This document shows positions 44,592 to 55,555 of a stretch of 64,000 bases of DNA, piece after piece. The notes beneath the pieces were generated by a model. It was not told the DNA's origin. It made no database searches and worked only from the letters and a program-made list of their open reading frames with translations. The stretch comes from an uncultured Planctomycetota bacterium. GTDB lineage: Bacteria > Planctomycetota > Planctomycetia > Gemmatales > Gemmataceae. Where the stretch lies: contig CAWKHF010000007.1 in assembly GCA_963849325.1 (NCBI GenBank), positions 96,001-160,000 of the forward strand. Direction: 5' to 3'. The translations under genes were made by a program, and so were the position numbers. Within the stretch, counting starts at the first letter, position 1; the number at the start of each line of letters is the position of its first letter.

Positions 44592-45996
44592 ATGACCGAC
44601 CGTCCGCTCTCGCCTCCGAGCGCTTCCGAGCTGTATCGCCTCTGGCGCCTGCGGGGAGAAAGACAAAGGAATCGTTCGGGAGGCAGCAGCCTGGGCCTGG
44701 CCCTGGGATTGTGGCTGGTGCTGGCCGCGGCGGTCGGCGCGCGGACGCTGGCGCGGCCGGCGAGTCACACGGTCTTCCCCATTTTCGCGGCCAGCACGGA
44801 ACACTGGTGGAGCGATCAACCGCTGTACCATGACGATCCGGACCTGGACACCTTCCGCTATCCGCCGGTCTTCCCGTTGTTCGCGACGCCGTTCACGGCC
44901 CTGGGACTGTCCGTGGGAGGCATCCTCTGGACGTGGGCCGGCATGGCCGTTTACGTCGCCGGCCTGTGGGGATTCGTGCGCGATGTGATTCCGTCGGCGT
45001 GGACGCGACAGCGGACGGCCTTGTTTCTGATGCTGGGCGCCCTCGGAGGCGCTGCGCGGCGTGTGGAACGCACAGAGCAACGCCCTGATGGTGGGACTGC
45101 TCCTGCTGGGGGCGGCGGCCCTGGTGCGCGCCGTTAAGGGCGACCGTCGGGCCGACGCCGGGTCGCGCTGGTGGCTGGCGGCCTTCCTGCTAGCCGCGCC
45201 GGCGTGTCTGAAACTGACTCCGCTCCCCGCCGTGCTGCTCCTGTGCGCACTCTGGCCGCGTCGTCTGGCGTGGCGCTTGAGCGTCACGATGGCCGTCTTC
45301 TTCGCCCTACCGTTTTTGACTCGGCCGCCCGAGGTCGTGCTGGAACATTACCGCGATTGGATGGAACATTTGCTGGAGTCGGGCAGCGCCCGCTGGCTCG
45401 GATTTCGGGACGGCTGGACGGTCTGCCTGGTACTGCGGCACGTGTTCGGTGGCGAACCCGGCCCGTTGGCGTTGCGCGAGCCGATCGATTCCTCATGCTA
45501 TCGCCTGGTGCAGTTGGTAACGGCCGCCGGCGCCCTGGTCTGGTGCCTGGGACAGCAGCGCCGCGCCGCCCGGCTCGGCCTGGGCTGTCGCTGGCTGGTC
45601 CACGTCACCTTGAGCATGGGCCTGGCCTGGATGATGTTGTTCGGGCCGGCCGTCGAGCACGCCACCTACGTCTTCCTCACGCCGCCCCTGGCCTGGGCGC
45701 TTCTGGAGCGACGGACCTGGCCGCACGGTCAGGGACTGATCCTGGCGGCATTCGGGCTGGTCATGATTCTCGGCTGGGGAGCGGTCACGCGCCTGCTTCC
45801 GAGTTGGCCGGTATTGTTGACGACACTACCGGCCGGCACCGCCCTGTTCGCGTTCTGGCTGATCGGCTACGCTCGGGTGGCCCAGCCCTGCGGCGTTCTC
45901 GGTCGATCCGGCTTCGCGCCGAGCGAAGAGGAGCGAGACCCACGGCACGGACCCTTCCGGCGCTCCGGCGCTCGCCGCGCCGGCTTCCAGTCCTGA
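44592..45996 (+). CDS. GT87-like (DUF2029) membrane glycosyltransferase, frameshifted near 45050
   Basis: 'LY...FRYPPVFPLFATPF', 'NAQSNAL', 'LKLTP', multiple TM helices. Confidence 0.75.
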
Positions 45997-46358
45997 ACCT
46001 CCTCCTCGACCGCGGAGGATCGCCGGCCGCTCAACGGTATCCTTTCACGAAAGAGGAAGGCGTGGACATGGCTCAGTTCCTGGTGCGGGAAGACAGGGGG
46101 TAATTTCCACCGCGCTCCAGCCGACCACGCCGACATGCCGATTTCCCACCCAAGTAACAGCTGCACACCCGGGACACGCCGGCAGTCATTATAGCGAGAG
46201 GCTGTGTCGGCCTTGGCCTGATAGAATAGACACGACGCCAGCGGCGAATGGGCAGTCCGGGAGGCTTCGCTGCTCCCTGTCCTCCTTGATCCGCATGGGG
46301 CGATGTTCTATCTTCAATCATCATCCGTCCGTGTCATGCCCCTGCTTTCTCCGAGGAT

Positions 46359-49300
46359 ATGATGCGCTCCGTCACTCTCTGTGCCGCCGCCTTGTTGCTC
46401 ACCGTTCTCGCCGCCGCTGGCCGTTCCCAGAACAAGCGGGATCCCAACGTCGCTTCGACGCCGCACCGCACGCCGGATGAGGAGCGCAAGCTGTTTCGTC
46501 TGCCGCCGGGCTTCGAGGTCCAGCTCGTCGCCGCCGAGCCGGACATCCACAAGCCGCTCAATCTCGCCTTCGACGACCGCGGCCGACTGTGGGTCACGGA
46601 AACGGTCGATTATCCCTTCCCCGTCCCACCCGGTACGATGCCGCACGACGGCGTGAAAGTCCTCGAAGACTTCGGACCCGACGGCCGGGCACGCAAGATC
46701 ACCACCTTTGTCGATCGCCTATCTATTCCCATTGGCGTCCTACCGTTGTCGGACCCGGGCCGCGCGAAGCTCTCGTCTTCAGCATCCCCTCGATTTATCG
46801 CATGCGCGACAACCACGGCAGCGGCTACGCCGACAGCCGCGAGGTACTTTACTCCGAGTACGGCCGACGCGATACGCACGGCCTGACCGGCTCGCTCACC
46901 TGGGGCTTCGATGGCTGGGTCTACGCCTGCCACGGCTTCTCCAACGATTCAACCGTGCGGGCACGGGACGGCAGCTCGATCCACATGCAATCGGGCAACA
47001 CCTACCGCATCCGGCCCGACGGCGGCCACATCGAGCCGTTCACACACGGTCAGGTCAATCCGTTCGGTCTGTCGTTCGACGCCCTGGGCAACCTGTACTC
47101 GGCGGACTGTCACACGCAGCCGATTTATCAGCTCCTGCGGGGCGCCTGGTATCCGAGCTTCGGCAAGCCGCACGACGGACTCGGTTTCGGCCCGGAGACG
47201 TACAAGGGCTACACCGAATCGACCGCCGTGGCCGGCATCGCCGTTTATGCCGCCGATAATTATCCGCCGGCCTGGCAGGGCAGCGCCTTCGTCGGCAACG
47301 TCATCAGCCATCGCCTCAATCAGTTCGCCATCGAATGGCACGGCTCCAGTCCCAAGGGCGTGCTGAAGCGTTTCCTCGAATCGGACGACCCGTGGTTCCG
47401 GCCGGTCCACGTGCAACTCGGACCCGACGGAGCGCTGTATGTCGCCGACTTTTACAACCGCATCATCGGCCATTACGAGGTGCCGCTGACGCACCCTGGC
47501 CGCGATCGCACCAGCGGCCGCATCTGGCGCATCGTCTACCGCGGCGATGACCACGGCGGCACCCCCGCCCCGCGCGGCGACTGGACCACGGCGGCGGTCG
47601 AGGATCTGGTCAAGGACATGGGACATCCGAATTTGAGCGTGCGGATGAAGGCAATGAACCAGCTCGTCGCGCGCGGCGGCAAGGAGGGACAGCAGATGGT
47701 GCGCGACCTGTTGGCGTCCGACGCGGCGAACGCCTGGCAGTGGATTCATGGCTTGTGGACGCTGGAGCGCGCCGGCACGCTGGAGAACGCGCTGCTGGAG
47801 AAGGGAGCCAAGCACAAGGACCGCGGCGTGCGCGTGCATGCTCAGCGTGTCCTGAGCGAGCGAACCAGGCTGACATCGGAGCAGCACGCGCTGGCCCTGG
47901 CCGGTCTGAAGGATCGTGACGCGAACGTCCGTCGTGCGGCTGCCGACGCCCTCGGTCGCCACCCCGACGCGGCGAACATCCGACCGCTGCTTGACCTGCG
48001 CCAGGAGGTGCCCTCTGACGACACGCACCTACTGCACGTCGTCCGCATGGCCCTGCGCGATCAGCTCCGGCCCTCCGCCAACTGGGCGAAGCTGCCGGCG
48101 GAGAACTGGACCGAGCGCGACGCCCGCGCCATCGCCGACGTATCGCTGGGCGTGTCCAGCGCCGAGGCGGCCGCGCACCTGCTGGGGTATCTGCGCCGGT
48201 ACGGCGAACACGGCGACATGCTGCCGCGCTGTGTGCAGCACGTCGCCCGTTACGGCGCCGAGCCGGTAACCAAGCAACTGCTGGAGTTCGTCCGCGCCGA
48301 CCAGCCGCAGGACCTTGGCCGACAGGCGGCCCTCTTCCGCGCCATCGAACGTGGCACCCAGGAGCGCGGCGGCAAACTCGTGGGGCCGGTGCGCGCCTGG
48401 GCCGTGGACTTGACTGACCGTCTGCTCGCCTCGAAGCATGGCCCGGACCTGCAAGCCGGCATCGAGCTGGTGGGCGTGCTGAAGTTGAAGGACCAGCAAG
48501 GGCGGCTGGCGGAGATCGCCGTCCAGCGCGAGACGCCGGAGGGACAGCGTAAGGCCGCCCTCGACGCTCTGGCGAACCTCGACGCTCGCCGCCACGCCGC
48601 CGTACTTGGCGGCGTGCTCTCCGACGCCGAATCGCCGTTCGCCCTACGCGAGCAGAGCGCCAACCTGCTGGCGCGATCGAACCAGCCTCAGACGCAGGCG
48701 GAATTACTCAAGGTCCTACCCACGGTGCCGGCTCGCTTGCAGACCGTCATTGCCACGGGACTGGCAGGTAGTCCCACCGGGGCCGAGAAGCTGCTCGAAG
48801 CCGTCAAGGCCGGCAAGGCGTCGGCGCGGCTGTTGCTAGATCCCGCCGTTGCACTGCGTCTGAAGACAGCGAAAATCCCCAAGCTGAAGGAACGCCTCGC
48901 GGAGCTGACCGCGGGTCTGCCGCCGGCCGGCAAGGACATGCAAGACCTGCTCAAACATCGGCGCGACGGTTTCCTCAAGGCGAAGCCGGACGCCTCCGTC
49001 GGCGCTCAGGTCTTCGTCAAGAACTGCGCCAACTGCCACCAGGTCGGTGGGCAGGGCGCCAAGATCGGGCCGCAGCTCGACGGCGTCGGCGTCCGCGGAC
49101 TCGACCGCCTACTCGAAGACGTCCTCGATCCCAATCGCAACGTCGATCAGGCATTCCGTCTGACGACGCTCAACCTCAAGAAGGGACAGGTCGTCTCCGG
49201 GTTGCTGCTCAAAGAGGAAGGAGCGGTGCTGGTGCTGGCTGACGCGCAGGGCAAAGAGGTGCGCGTGACCAAGGACGCGGTTGAGGAGCGCGGCACGTCG

Positions 49301-49417
49301 CAAATCTCGCCGATGCCAGCCAACTTCGCCGAGCAAGTCCCCGAGGCGGACTTCTACAACATGCTGGCCTATCTGCTGAGCTTGCAGAGCAAACCCGATA
49401 AACCAGCCGGCAAATAA
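46359..49417 (+). CDS. PVC-type membrane-bound dehydrogenase with HEAT repeats and heme-binding CxxCH domain, frameshifted near 46765
   Basis: 'FRLPPGFEVQLVAAEP', 'FDDRGRLWV', 'GPDGALYVADFYN', 'CANCH...IGPQL'. Confidence 0.9.
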
Positions 49418-49560
49418 TCCGCTGGAGCGCCGCTGGATCCTTCCATTCCGCACCATCGTTCTTTTCGTGATAGGATTGTGCAACTTGGACGACCAATCCG
49501 GGCGGCCGGAACAGAGAAGAGGCCTTGTTTCCGGCCGCCTCGGACGTCCTTAGCCGCACA

Positions 49561-50700
49561 TCAGCCCGCGTCGTAAAGCAGGCCGGTGGCGTCGCGGAGG
49601 GTAAAAGCGATCTCCTTCATCTGCATTTCATCCCACCCCGAATAGACGACGTAGGCCGGGAAACCGTGATCGCGGCTCAGCGATACGTGGAACGTGACCT
49701 TGTGAATCGCAAGGTAGTACCAGATCAATCCCGGAATGATGCCGGAGATGAAGAGAACAAGCAGAATGATGTAATCCATGTTGCTGACGTCGCGGTGCTG
49801 GCCGCTAGCGATGCCTTCGTAGCCGCGCACTTCGGTCGTCTGCGGCATCAGGGGAACAAAGCAGACACGCCAGGTCTTGATTAACTCGACCCGACCGCGC
49901 GGGTCGCGTATCAGGCGAATGCGGGCGTAGGTGCCGAGCAGGAACCCCATCATCAGCGTGAACAGGAGGAAGGAGCCGACGAAGACGCCGAGTTCCGCGC
50001 CGCCGACGAAAACGCCGATTAGCCCCAGCGTCAGCGACACGGCCTCACAGGCGCCGAAGAGGGCCAACCGCGTTGACAGGGAGTAGTTCGTCTCCCATTC
50101 GCGTTCGATCGGCTGGTAAGTCTTGACGACCTTCTTGCGTTTGCGGAAGTGGAAGCCGCAGCGCACGCACAGCACGGAACCAGGCGGCAGCACATAGGTG
50201 CAGTCAGGGCAGCGGACTTCGTCGCCCCCCTCGACGCCGTAGGGCGTCGAACCTTCCTCCTCGTCGCCCTTGTCGTCTGGATCATCCACGGAGGGCCACC
50301 AGACCGGCTCCTGCTGGCCGGCCGGCACCTTGTCGGGGTTACAGTGGGGACACTCGCCCTGGCGGCGGATGAGACGTCGGCAGCGGCGGCAGGGGAAGCG
50401 CGGCTCGGCAACGGCCGGCTTCGGCTCGGGCCGTTCCTCCGGCTCGGGAGCGCGGAAACGCGGCGATTCGTCCGCCTCCGCGCGGTTTGGCGGGTCATCG
50501 GGCAGCCAGCGGACTTCTTCTTCCTCGACCTCGGCCGACCTGGCTGTCGGGTTGGGGCGTGCCCGGCTGGGGGAGTCCGCTTCCTGACGGGCGGACTCCG
50601 GCACCGAGCAAATGACGCCGCAGGGGCACTGGATTTTGTTGCGCCGGTAGCCGTCGGGGATCGGCACCGGCTGCCCGCAGCCCTCGCAAATGAGCCTCAT
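49561..50700 (-). CDS. membrane protein with three zinc-ribbon-like Cys clusters
   Basis: CEGC..CPC, CRRC..CPHC, CPDC..CVRC followed by hydrophobic helices. Confidence 0.7.
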   Translation of the reverse strand: MRLICEGCGQPVPIPDGYRRNKIQCPCGVICSVPESARQEADSPSRARPNPTARSAEVEEEEVRWLPDDPPNRAEADESPRFRAPEPEERPEPKPAVAEPRFPCRRCRRLIRRQGECPHCNPDKVPAGQQEPVWWPSVDDPDDKGDEEEGSTPYGVEGGDEVRCPDCTYVLPPGSVLCVRCGFHFRKRKKVVKTYQPIEREWETNYSLSTRLALFGACEAVSLTLGLIGVFVGGAELGVFVGSFLLFTLMMGFLLGTYARIRLIRDPRGRVELIKTWRVCFVPLMPQTTEVRGYEGIASGQHRDVSNMDYIILLVLFISGIIPGLIWYYLAIHKVTFHVSLSRDHGFPAYVVYSGWDEMQMKEIAFTLRDATGLLYDAG

Positions 50701-50846
50701 CCGCAGGTCTCCCCTCGGCCAATGTCGAAACGACTGAAACCGTCTCCATCGTATCCCGCGTGGAGCACGGACGCCACAGCGACGCGACAACGGGCCATAG
50801 AATGACAGCAAGGAAGACCTCAGAGGCACGAACCCAATGCCTTTTG

Positions 50847-50929
50847 ACCACGGATAACACGGATAACACGGATAAAACCCAAGAAGCGTTCTGGTTTTCT
50901 TTATCCGTGTCATCCGTGTTATCCGTGGT
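50847..50929. repeat. inverted repeat built of 9-mer tandem units (CACGGATAA)
   Basis: accacggataacacggataacacggataaa...tttatccgtgtcatccgtgttatccgtggt; same design as 31546-31636. Confidence 0.85.
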
Positions 50930-50970
50930 TAAATGTGCCTTTTGTTAGTGGCCTTCACGGAGATCGAGCG

Positions 50971-51793
50971 ATGCGCGTGGCGGCGGTTCAGCTCACCTCG
51001 ACGGCGGACAAGTCGCGCAACCTGGAGGCGGCCGGGGCATTCCTCGCCGCCGCGGCGCGAGAGGGGGTCGGCTCGTGGTCCTGCCGGAGATGTTCAACGT
51101 CCTGGGCGATCCCGAGGTGCTGCGTGCGGGCGCCGAAGCGCTGGATGGCCCGACCCTGCGCTGGCGCAAGAGCAGGCGCGGACGAACGGCGTCTGGCTCC
51201 TGGCCGGCAGCATCATGGAGCGCGTCGCCGATCAAGATCGGCTGTTCAATACCTCCTGTCTGATCGACCCCCAGGGCGAACGGCGGGCGACGTACCGCAA
51301 GATTCATCTGTTCGATTGCGACGTACCGGGGGCGAGCCTGCACGAGTCGGTCACGGTGATGCCGGGCCGCGACATCGTCGGCGCCGAGGCGGACGGCGTT
51401 TCGCTGGGCCTGTCGATCTGCTTTGACCTGCGTTTCCCGGAGTTGTTCCGCATCCTCGCCCTGGGCGGCGCCCGGTTGATCGTGCTTGCGTCGGCGTTCA
51501 CCGAGCGAACCGGCCGCGATCACTGGGAAGTGCTGGTGCGGGCGCGGGCGATCGAGAATCAGGTGTTCGTGGTCGCCGCGAATCAGGTGGGCGCGAGTAC
51601 GCCGAAGCTGCGCTGGTTCGGACGGTCCATGATCGTCGATCCGTGGGGCATCGTGCTGGCGCAGGCGCCGGACCACGAGGGACACATTGTCGCCGATCTG
51701 GATTTCGCGGCGCAAGACCGGATGCGGACGCAACTGCCGAACCTGGCGAATCGCCGACCGGAAGCCTATGGCTGGCCGACGAGAAGCGGATGA
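50971..51793 (+). CDS. carbon-nitrogen hydrolase (nitrilase superfamily, Nit1-like), frameshifted
   Basis: 'VAAVQL', 'LPE', 'YRKIHLFD', 'ICFDLRFPE', 'RARAIENQ'. Confidence 0.9.
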
Positions 51794-51982
51794 GCTATCC
51801 CGATGAATGCGTTGGGATGCCGACTATCCCTCCCTAAAGATACTCAAGCCTTTACTTCCCACTGAAGAAAGGTTGGCGCGGCTGGAAGCCGCTGCCCGTG
51901 ATGCGACAAGACAAAAAGCGACCGCAGCTTGAAGCAGGCGGACCGTGAGGCATTTCCTGTGTTGGGTTCTTAAAGAGAACAA

Positions 51983-53434
51983 TCACTTCGGGGACTTGCC
52001 GAAAAGTTTCTCCATCGACCGTTGGTGTTGTTCGAGGATCTCTTTCAAGCGGGCGGGGTCTTCCGGAAAACGGCCCTGGTCATCGGTATCCGTGATCCAC
52101 TTTTCCAGCACCGTCCGAAAGCGTTTCAGGGTCTTTTCGTGTTCAGGCAAGGCAGCCAGGTTGGTCAGTTCCCACGGATCGGTCTTCAGGTCGTACAGCT
52201 CCTCCGTCGGCCGGCGCTCGGCCATGAACTTCGCCTGGGCCGCGTTCAGCTTGCCCTCGGCAAACAGCTGGCGCATGAGAGGAACGTTCGGATTCGTGTG
52301 CTCCGCGTAGACCATGCGCTGGAGATAAGGGCGCTCGGGATAGAAATTGCGCAGGTATCGATAGCGGTCATCGCGCACGACGCGCACCCGGTCGACGGCT
52401 TCATCGCAGCGGTCGGCGGCGCAAAAGACATACGCGCGGCGCTTCGCTCCCTTGCCTAGAAACGGTTGGCCGTGCATCTGGTCCGGCAGCGGCACACCTG
52501 CCAAAGCCAGCGAAGTGGCCGTCACATCGATCAGGCTGACCAGATCGTCGCTGGCGGAGCCGGCGGGGATCTGGCCGGGCCAGCGCACCAGCAAAGGCAC
52601 GCGAAAGCCCTGCTCATAGGCGAAATACTTGCCGCGAAAACACTCCCGCCCGTGATCGCCGAAGAAGAACACGATGGTGTTGCCGTCCAGACCCTCCTCT
52701 TTGAGCAGGTCCAGCACCTTGCCGATTTTTTCGTCCAATGTTTGGATCGAATCGTGATACAAGGCCCAGTCTGCCCGCGTGACGGGATGATCGGGCAGAT
52801 AAGGGGGCAGCTTCACTTTGTTGGGGTCGGTCGGATTCCGCTTGGCTTTTTCGTAAGGGCGGTGTGTTTGGTGGAAATTCACCTGAGCATAAAACGGCTG
52901 GTGCCCTTTGAGGTCCTTCCACTTTTGAGAATCAAAAGGCTTACGCTCGGGTTTGAAATTCCAGTCTGTCTTGCCCGTGCCTGAGAAACCGATGGCCGTG
53001 GGAAACTCCTTGATGTTGGCCGCGAAATAACCGGCCTCGTGCAGGCGGTCGGTGATCAAGCGCACGCCATCCGGAAGGCGATAACCGTCGTTGCGATGGC
53101 TCCTATGATTATGGGCGCCTATCGAGGTCTGATACATACCCGTGCAAAATGCCGAGCGCGACGGCGAACAGACGCTCCCCGTGGAAAAGGCGCGGCGATA
53201 CTTCCGCCCTTGTGAGGCGAGCTTGTCTAGTTGAGGCGTGCGGGCGTCCGGATCACCGTAACAACCGAGATCGCGCCCGAGGTCTTCGCCGATGAGCCAA
53301 AGAATGTTTGGCTTTGGGAGCAGCTTGTCTGCGGGGAATGCTGCTGCCGGGCGGAGGAGAAGAGCCAGCGGAGCCAGCGCCGCGAACGACACAAGCCACG
53401 ACAACGACCCTCCGCGAGAGTCAAGGACACGCAT
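51983..53434 (-). CDS. sulfatase (formylglycine-dependent)
   Basis: 'PNILWLIGED', CxPxR 'CSPSR', 'GDHG', 'ELYDL..DP.E..NLA'. Confidence 0.93.
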   Translation of the reverse strand: MRVLDSRGGSLSWLVSFAALAPLALLLRPAAAFPADKLLPKPNILWLIGEDLGRDLGCYGDPDARTPQLDKLASQGRKYRRAFSTGSVCSPSRSAFCTGMYQTSIGAHNHRSHRNDGYRLPDGVRLITDRLHEAGYFAANIKEFPTAIGFSGTGKTDWNFKPERKPFDSQKWKDLKGHQPFYAQVNFHQTHRPYEKAKRNPTDPNKVKLPPYLPDHPVTRADWALYHDSIQTLDEKIGKVLDLLKEEGLDGNTIVFFFGDHGRECFRGKYFAYEQGFRVPLLVRWPGQIPAGSASDDLVSLIDVTATSLALAGVPLPDQMHGQPFLGKGAKRRAYVFCAADRCDEAVDRVRVVRDDRYRYLRNFYPERPYLQRMVYAEHTNPNVPLMRQLFAEGKLNAAQAKFMAERRPTEELYDLKTDPWELTNLAALPEHEKTLKRFRTVLEKWITDTDDQGRFPEDPARLKEILEQHQRSMEKLFGKSPK

Positions 53435-53566
53435 GAGGAATAGCTCCTGTGCGGCCGGGAGGAATCCGGGAAATAGTCTCTCGGAAGTCCCACGCCTGGA
53501 TGACTTCACCGATCTTTCCCAGATGGCCCTCTCCCGGGGTCCGGCTACGACGCCAACGGTTGATCC

Positions 53567-53861
53567 TACCATGGAGCCAACTTCCCAACGACGTGTGTTT
53601 GCGGATGGAGGCGGCGCGGAGGGCCAGCACGAGAAAGACGGCCTGGCAAGCGTCCTCGGTATCCTGATCGTGTTGGAGCACTCTCCGGCAGACGCCCAGG
53701 ACCAGGGGACCGTAGCGCTCCACGAGGGCAGTGAAGGCTGCCTCGTCGTGAGAAGCGAGGAAGCGCTGGAGTAGTTGATGGTCGGGGAGCGCGGCCAAGG
53801 TCTGCCCAGCCGCCAGCAGGCGCAATTGCTGCAAGACGTGTCTCATCTGCCCGTTGGCCAT
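53567..53861 (-). pseudogene. truncated ECF sigma factor (region 2 only)
   Basis: 'DHQLLQRFL..HDEAAFTALVERYGPLVLGVCRRVL..DTEDACQAVFLVL...SLGSWLHG', after which homology to the intact ECF at 17538 stops; no region 4 seen. Confidence 0.8.
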
Positions 53862-53944
53862 GTTCGCTCTCCCTCCCAACTCTCGACCTCTATCTCCATG
53901 GTGTCCGGGAGAGCCGTTCTCGACATGGTATTTTTCGTCGCGGG

Positions 53945-54502
53945 TTATTTATCTCCGCGAGCCAGCAATTCCACTGCGGCGCGGAGGCCGCGATGGCTCT
54001 CGAAGAAGCGCTGGGCCAGGCTGTCCATCAAGGTGAGGAACGAAAGCAGATCGTTGACGCGGCGGCGCCGGTCGGCGGCTTGCGGCTCTTCCGCCGCCGC
54101 GCCTAGCGTCTCTACCGACAGGCGTTCGCGGCACTGCCGCAGCGTGTTAAGGATAGGATCGATTTCGCGCCGCTTGCGCTGGGCGGCGACCAGGGTGAAC
54201 ATCTCCCACACGTCGCTGAGCGATTCGTAGTAATCGCGACGGTCGCCGCGCTTGTGGACGCGGCGAATCAGGCCCCACTCGGCCAGCTTGCTCAGGCTCA
54301 TGCTGACGTTGCCGCGCGAAATGCCCAGGCGGTCCATGATGTCGTCCATCGAAAGAGCGGCGCCCGTGACAAAGAGGAGACCGTGAATCTCGGCCATCGT
54401 CGGACTGATGCCCCACAGCGAACTCATGCTCCGCCACAGCCCGACGAACTCCTCCTCAACTTCGTCGAGGGTCCGCGCCAACTCCGCCCGGCGAGTTTTC
54501 AT
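53945..54502 (-). CDS. GbsR/MarR family transcriptional regulator
   Basis: 'WGISPTMAEIHGLL...MDDIMDRLGISRGNVSMSL..L.EWGLI......GDRRDYY'. Confidence 0.88.
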   Translation of the reverse strand: MKTRRAELARTLDEVEEEFVGLWRSMSSLWGISPTMAEIHGLLFVTGAALSMDDIMDRLGISRGNVSMSLSKLAEWGLIRRVHKRGDRRDYYESLSDVWEMFTLVAAQRKRREIDPILNTLRQCRERLSVETLGAAAEEPQAADRRRRVNDLLSFLTLMDSLAQRFFESHRGLRAAVELLARGDK

Positions 54503-54587
54503 TGCTTTTAGCCCCTTCAAGAAAGCATGAAAACATCGTAACCTGAACAGAAGGGCCAATCAAGTTCCCGCCCCTTCGTAACGATCT

Positions 54588-54650
54588 CCGACCAGCCCGG
54601 AGCGCCAGCGACGGGTATTTAACCCGTCGCTGGCGCTCCGGGCTGGTCGG
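54588..54650. repeat. perfect REP-like palindrome, 29-bp arms
   Basis: ccgaccagcccggagcgccagcgacgggt-attta-acccgtcgctggcgctccgggctggtcgg. Confidence 0.88.
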
Positions 54651-54691
54651 GAGACGACATCGACTTGCAACGAGTGGAAGCCGAACTTGCC

Positions 54692-55355
54692 ATGTCGTAT
54701 CACCTGCGCGTCAAAATTTGCGGAGTCACCACGGCGGCCGACGCGCGGTTGGCGGCCGAGCTAGGTGCCGACGCGATTGGGCTGAACTTCTATCCGCGTT
54801 CGCCGCGCTGTCTCGGACCCGGCGCGGCAGGCCATCCTGGAGACGCTGCCGCCCTTCGTCGCGGCGGTCGGCGTCTTCGTCGATTGGCCGATGCGTCAAG
54901 TGTTCGAGCAGGTGCAGGCACTGAGGCGCATCCACGTCATCCAGTGGCACGGCCAGGACCGCGAGCTGAGCGATTGTTCCCCCTATCACTACATCGCCGC
55001 CTTTCCGGTGCGCGACGCCGCCAGCCTGGAGGAAATCGAGCGCTATCTGGAGGCGTGCCGAAGGATGGGCTGGCTGCCGTCGGCCTTGCTGTTGGACGGC
55101 CACGCGCCGGGCCAGCACGGCGGTACGGGACAGACGGCGCCGTGGCGATTGCTCGAATCGTTCCGCCCCGGCGTGCCGATCTTCCTGGCCGGCGGTCTGA
55201 CGCCGGACAACGTCGCCGAGGCGGTGCGCCTCGTGCGGCCCTACGGCGTCGATGTCGCCAGCGGCGTCGAGCACGGCCCGGGGCGCAAGGACGCCGACAA
55301 GATGCGCCGCTTCCTCGCCAACGCCCGCGAAGCGGCGGCCCGACTGGAAACGTAG
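54692..55355 (+). CDS. trpF: phosphoribosylanthranilate isomerase, frameshifted near 54820
   Basis: 'VKICGVT', 'GADAIGLNF', 'GGTG', 'LAGGLTPDNV', 'GVDVASGVE'. Confidence 0.93.
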
Positions 55356-55555
55356 TTCTCCCTCTCGCGCCTCGACCCAACTTCTCCAATCTACCTCGCG
55401 TTTTCTTCCTTTCTCCCTGACTTCTCGGCACAGCCGTTCCGGCCGGCATTTCCGGTTTTTTTCCTTCATTTTTCCGATAACGGCGAACGATAAGAACAGT
55501 GTCAAGCCTTGTTGTCCAGGCGGTGTATCGGTGTCCTTGCAGGAGTATCGCGGCG

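Noticed and set aside
54692-55355. Programmed frameshifting in trpF or other split genes
   Set aside because: No slippery heptamer or consistent signal seen; the density of breaks across unrelated genes points to sequencing error.
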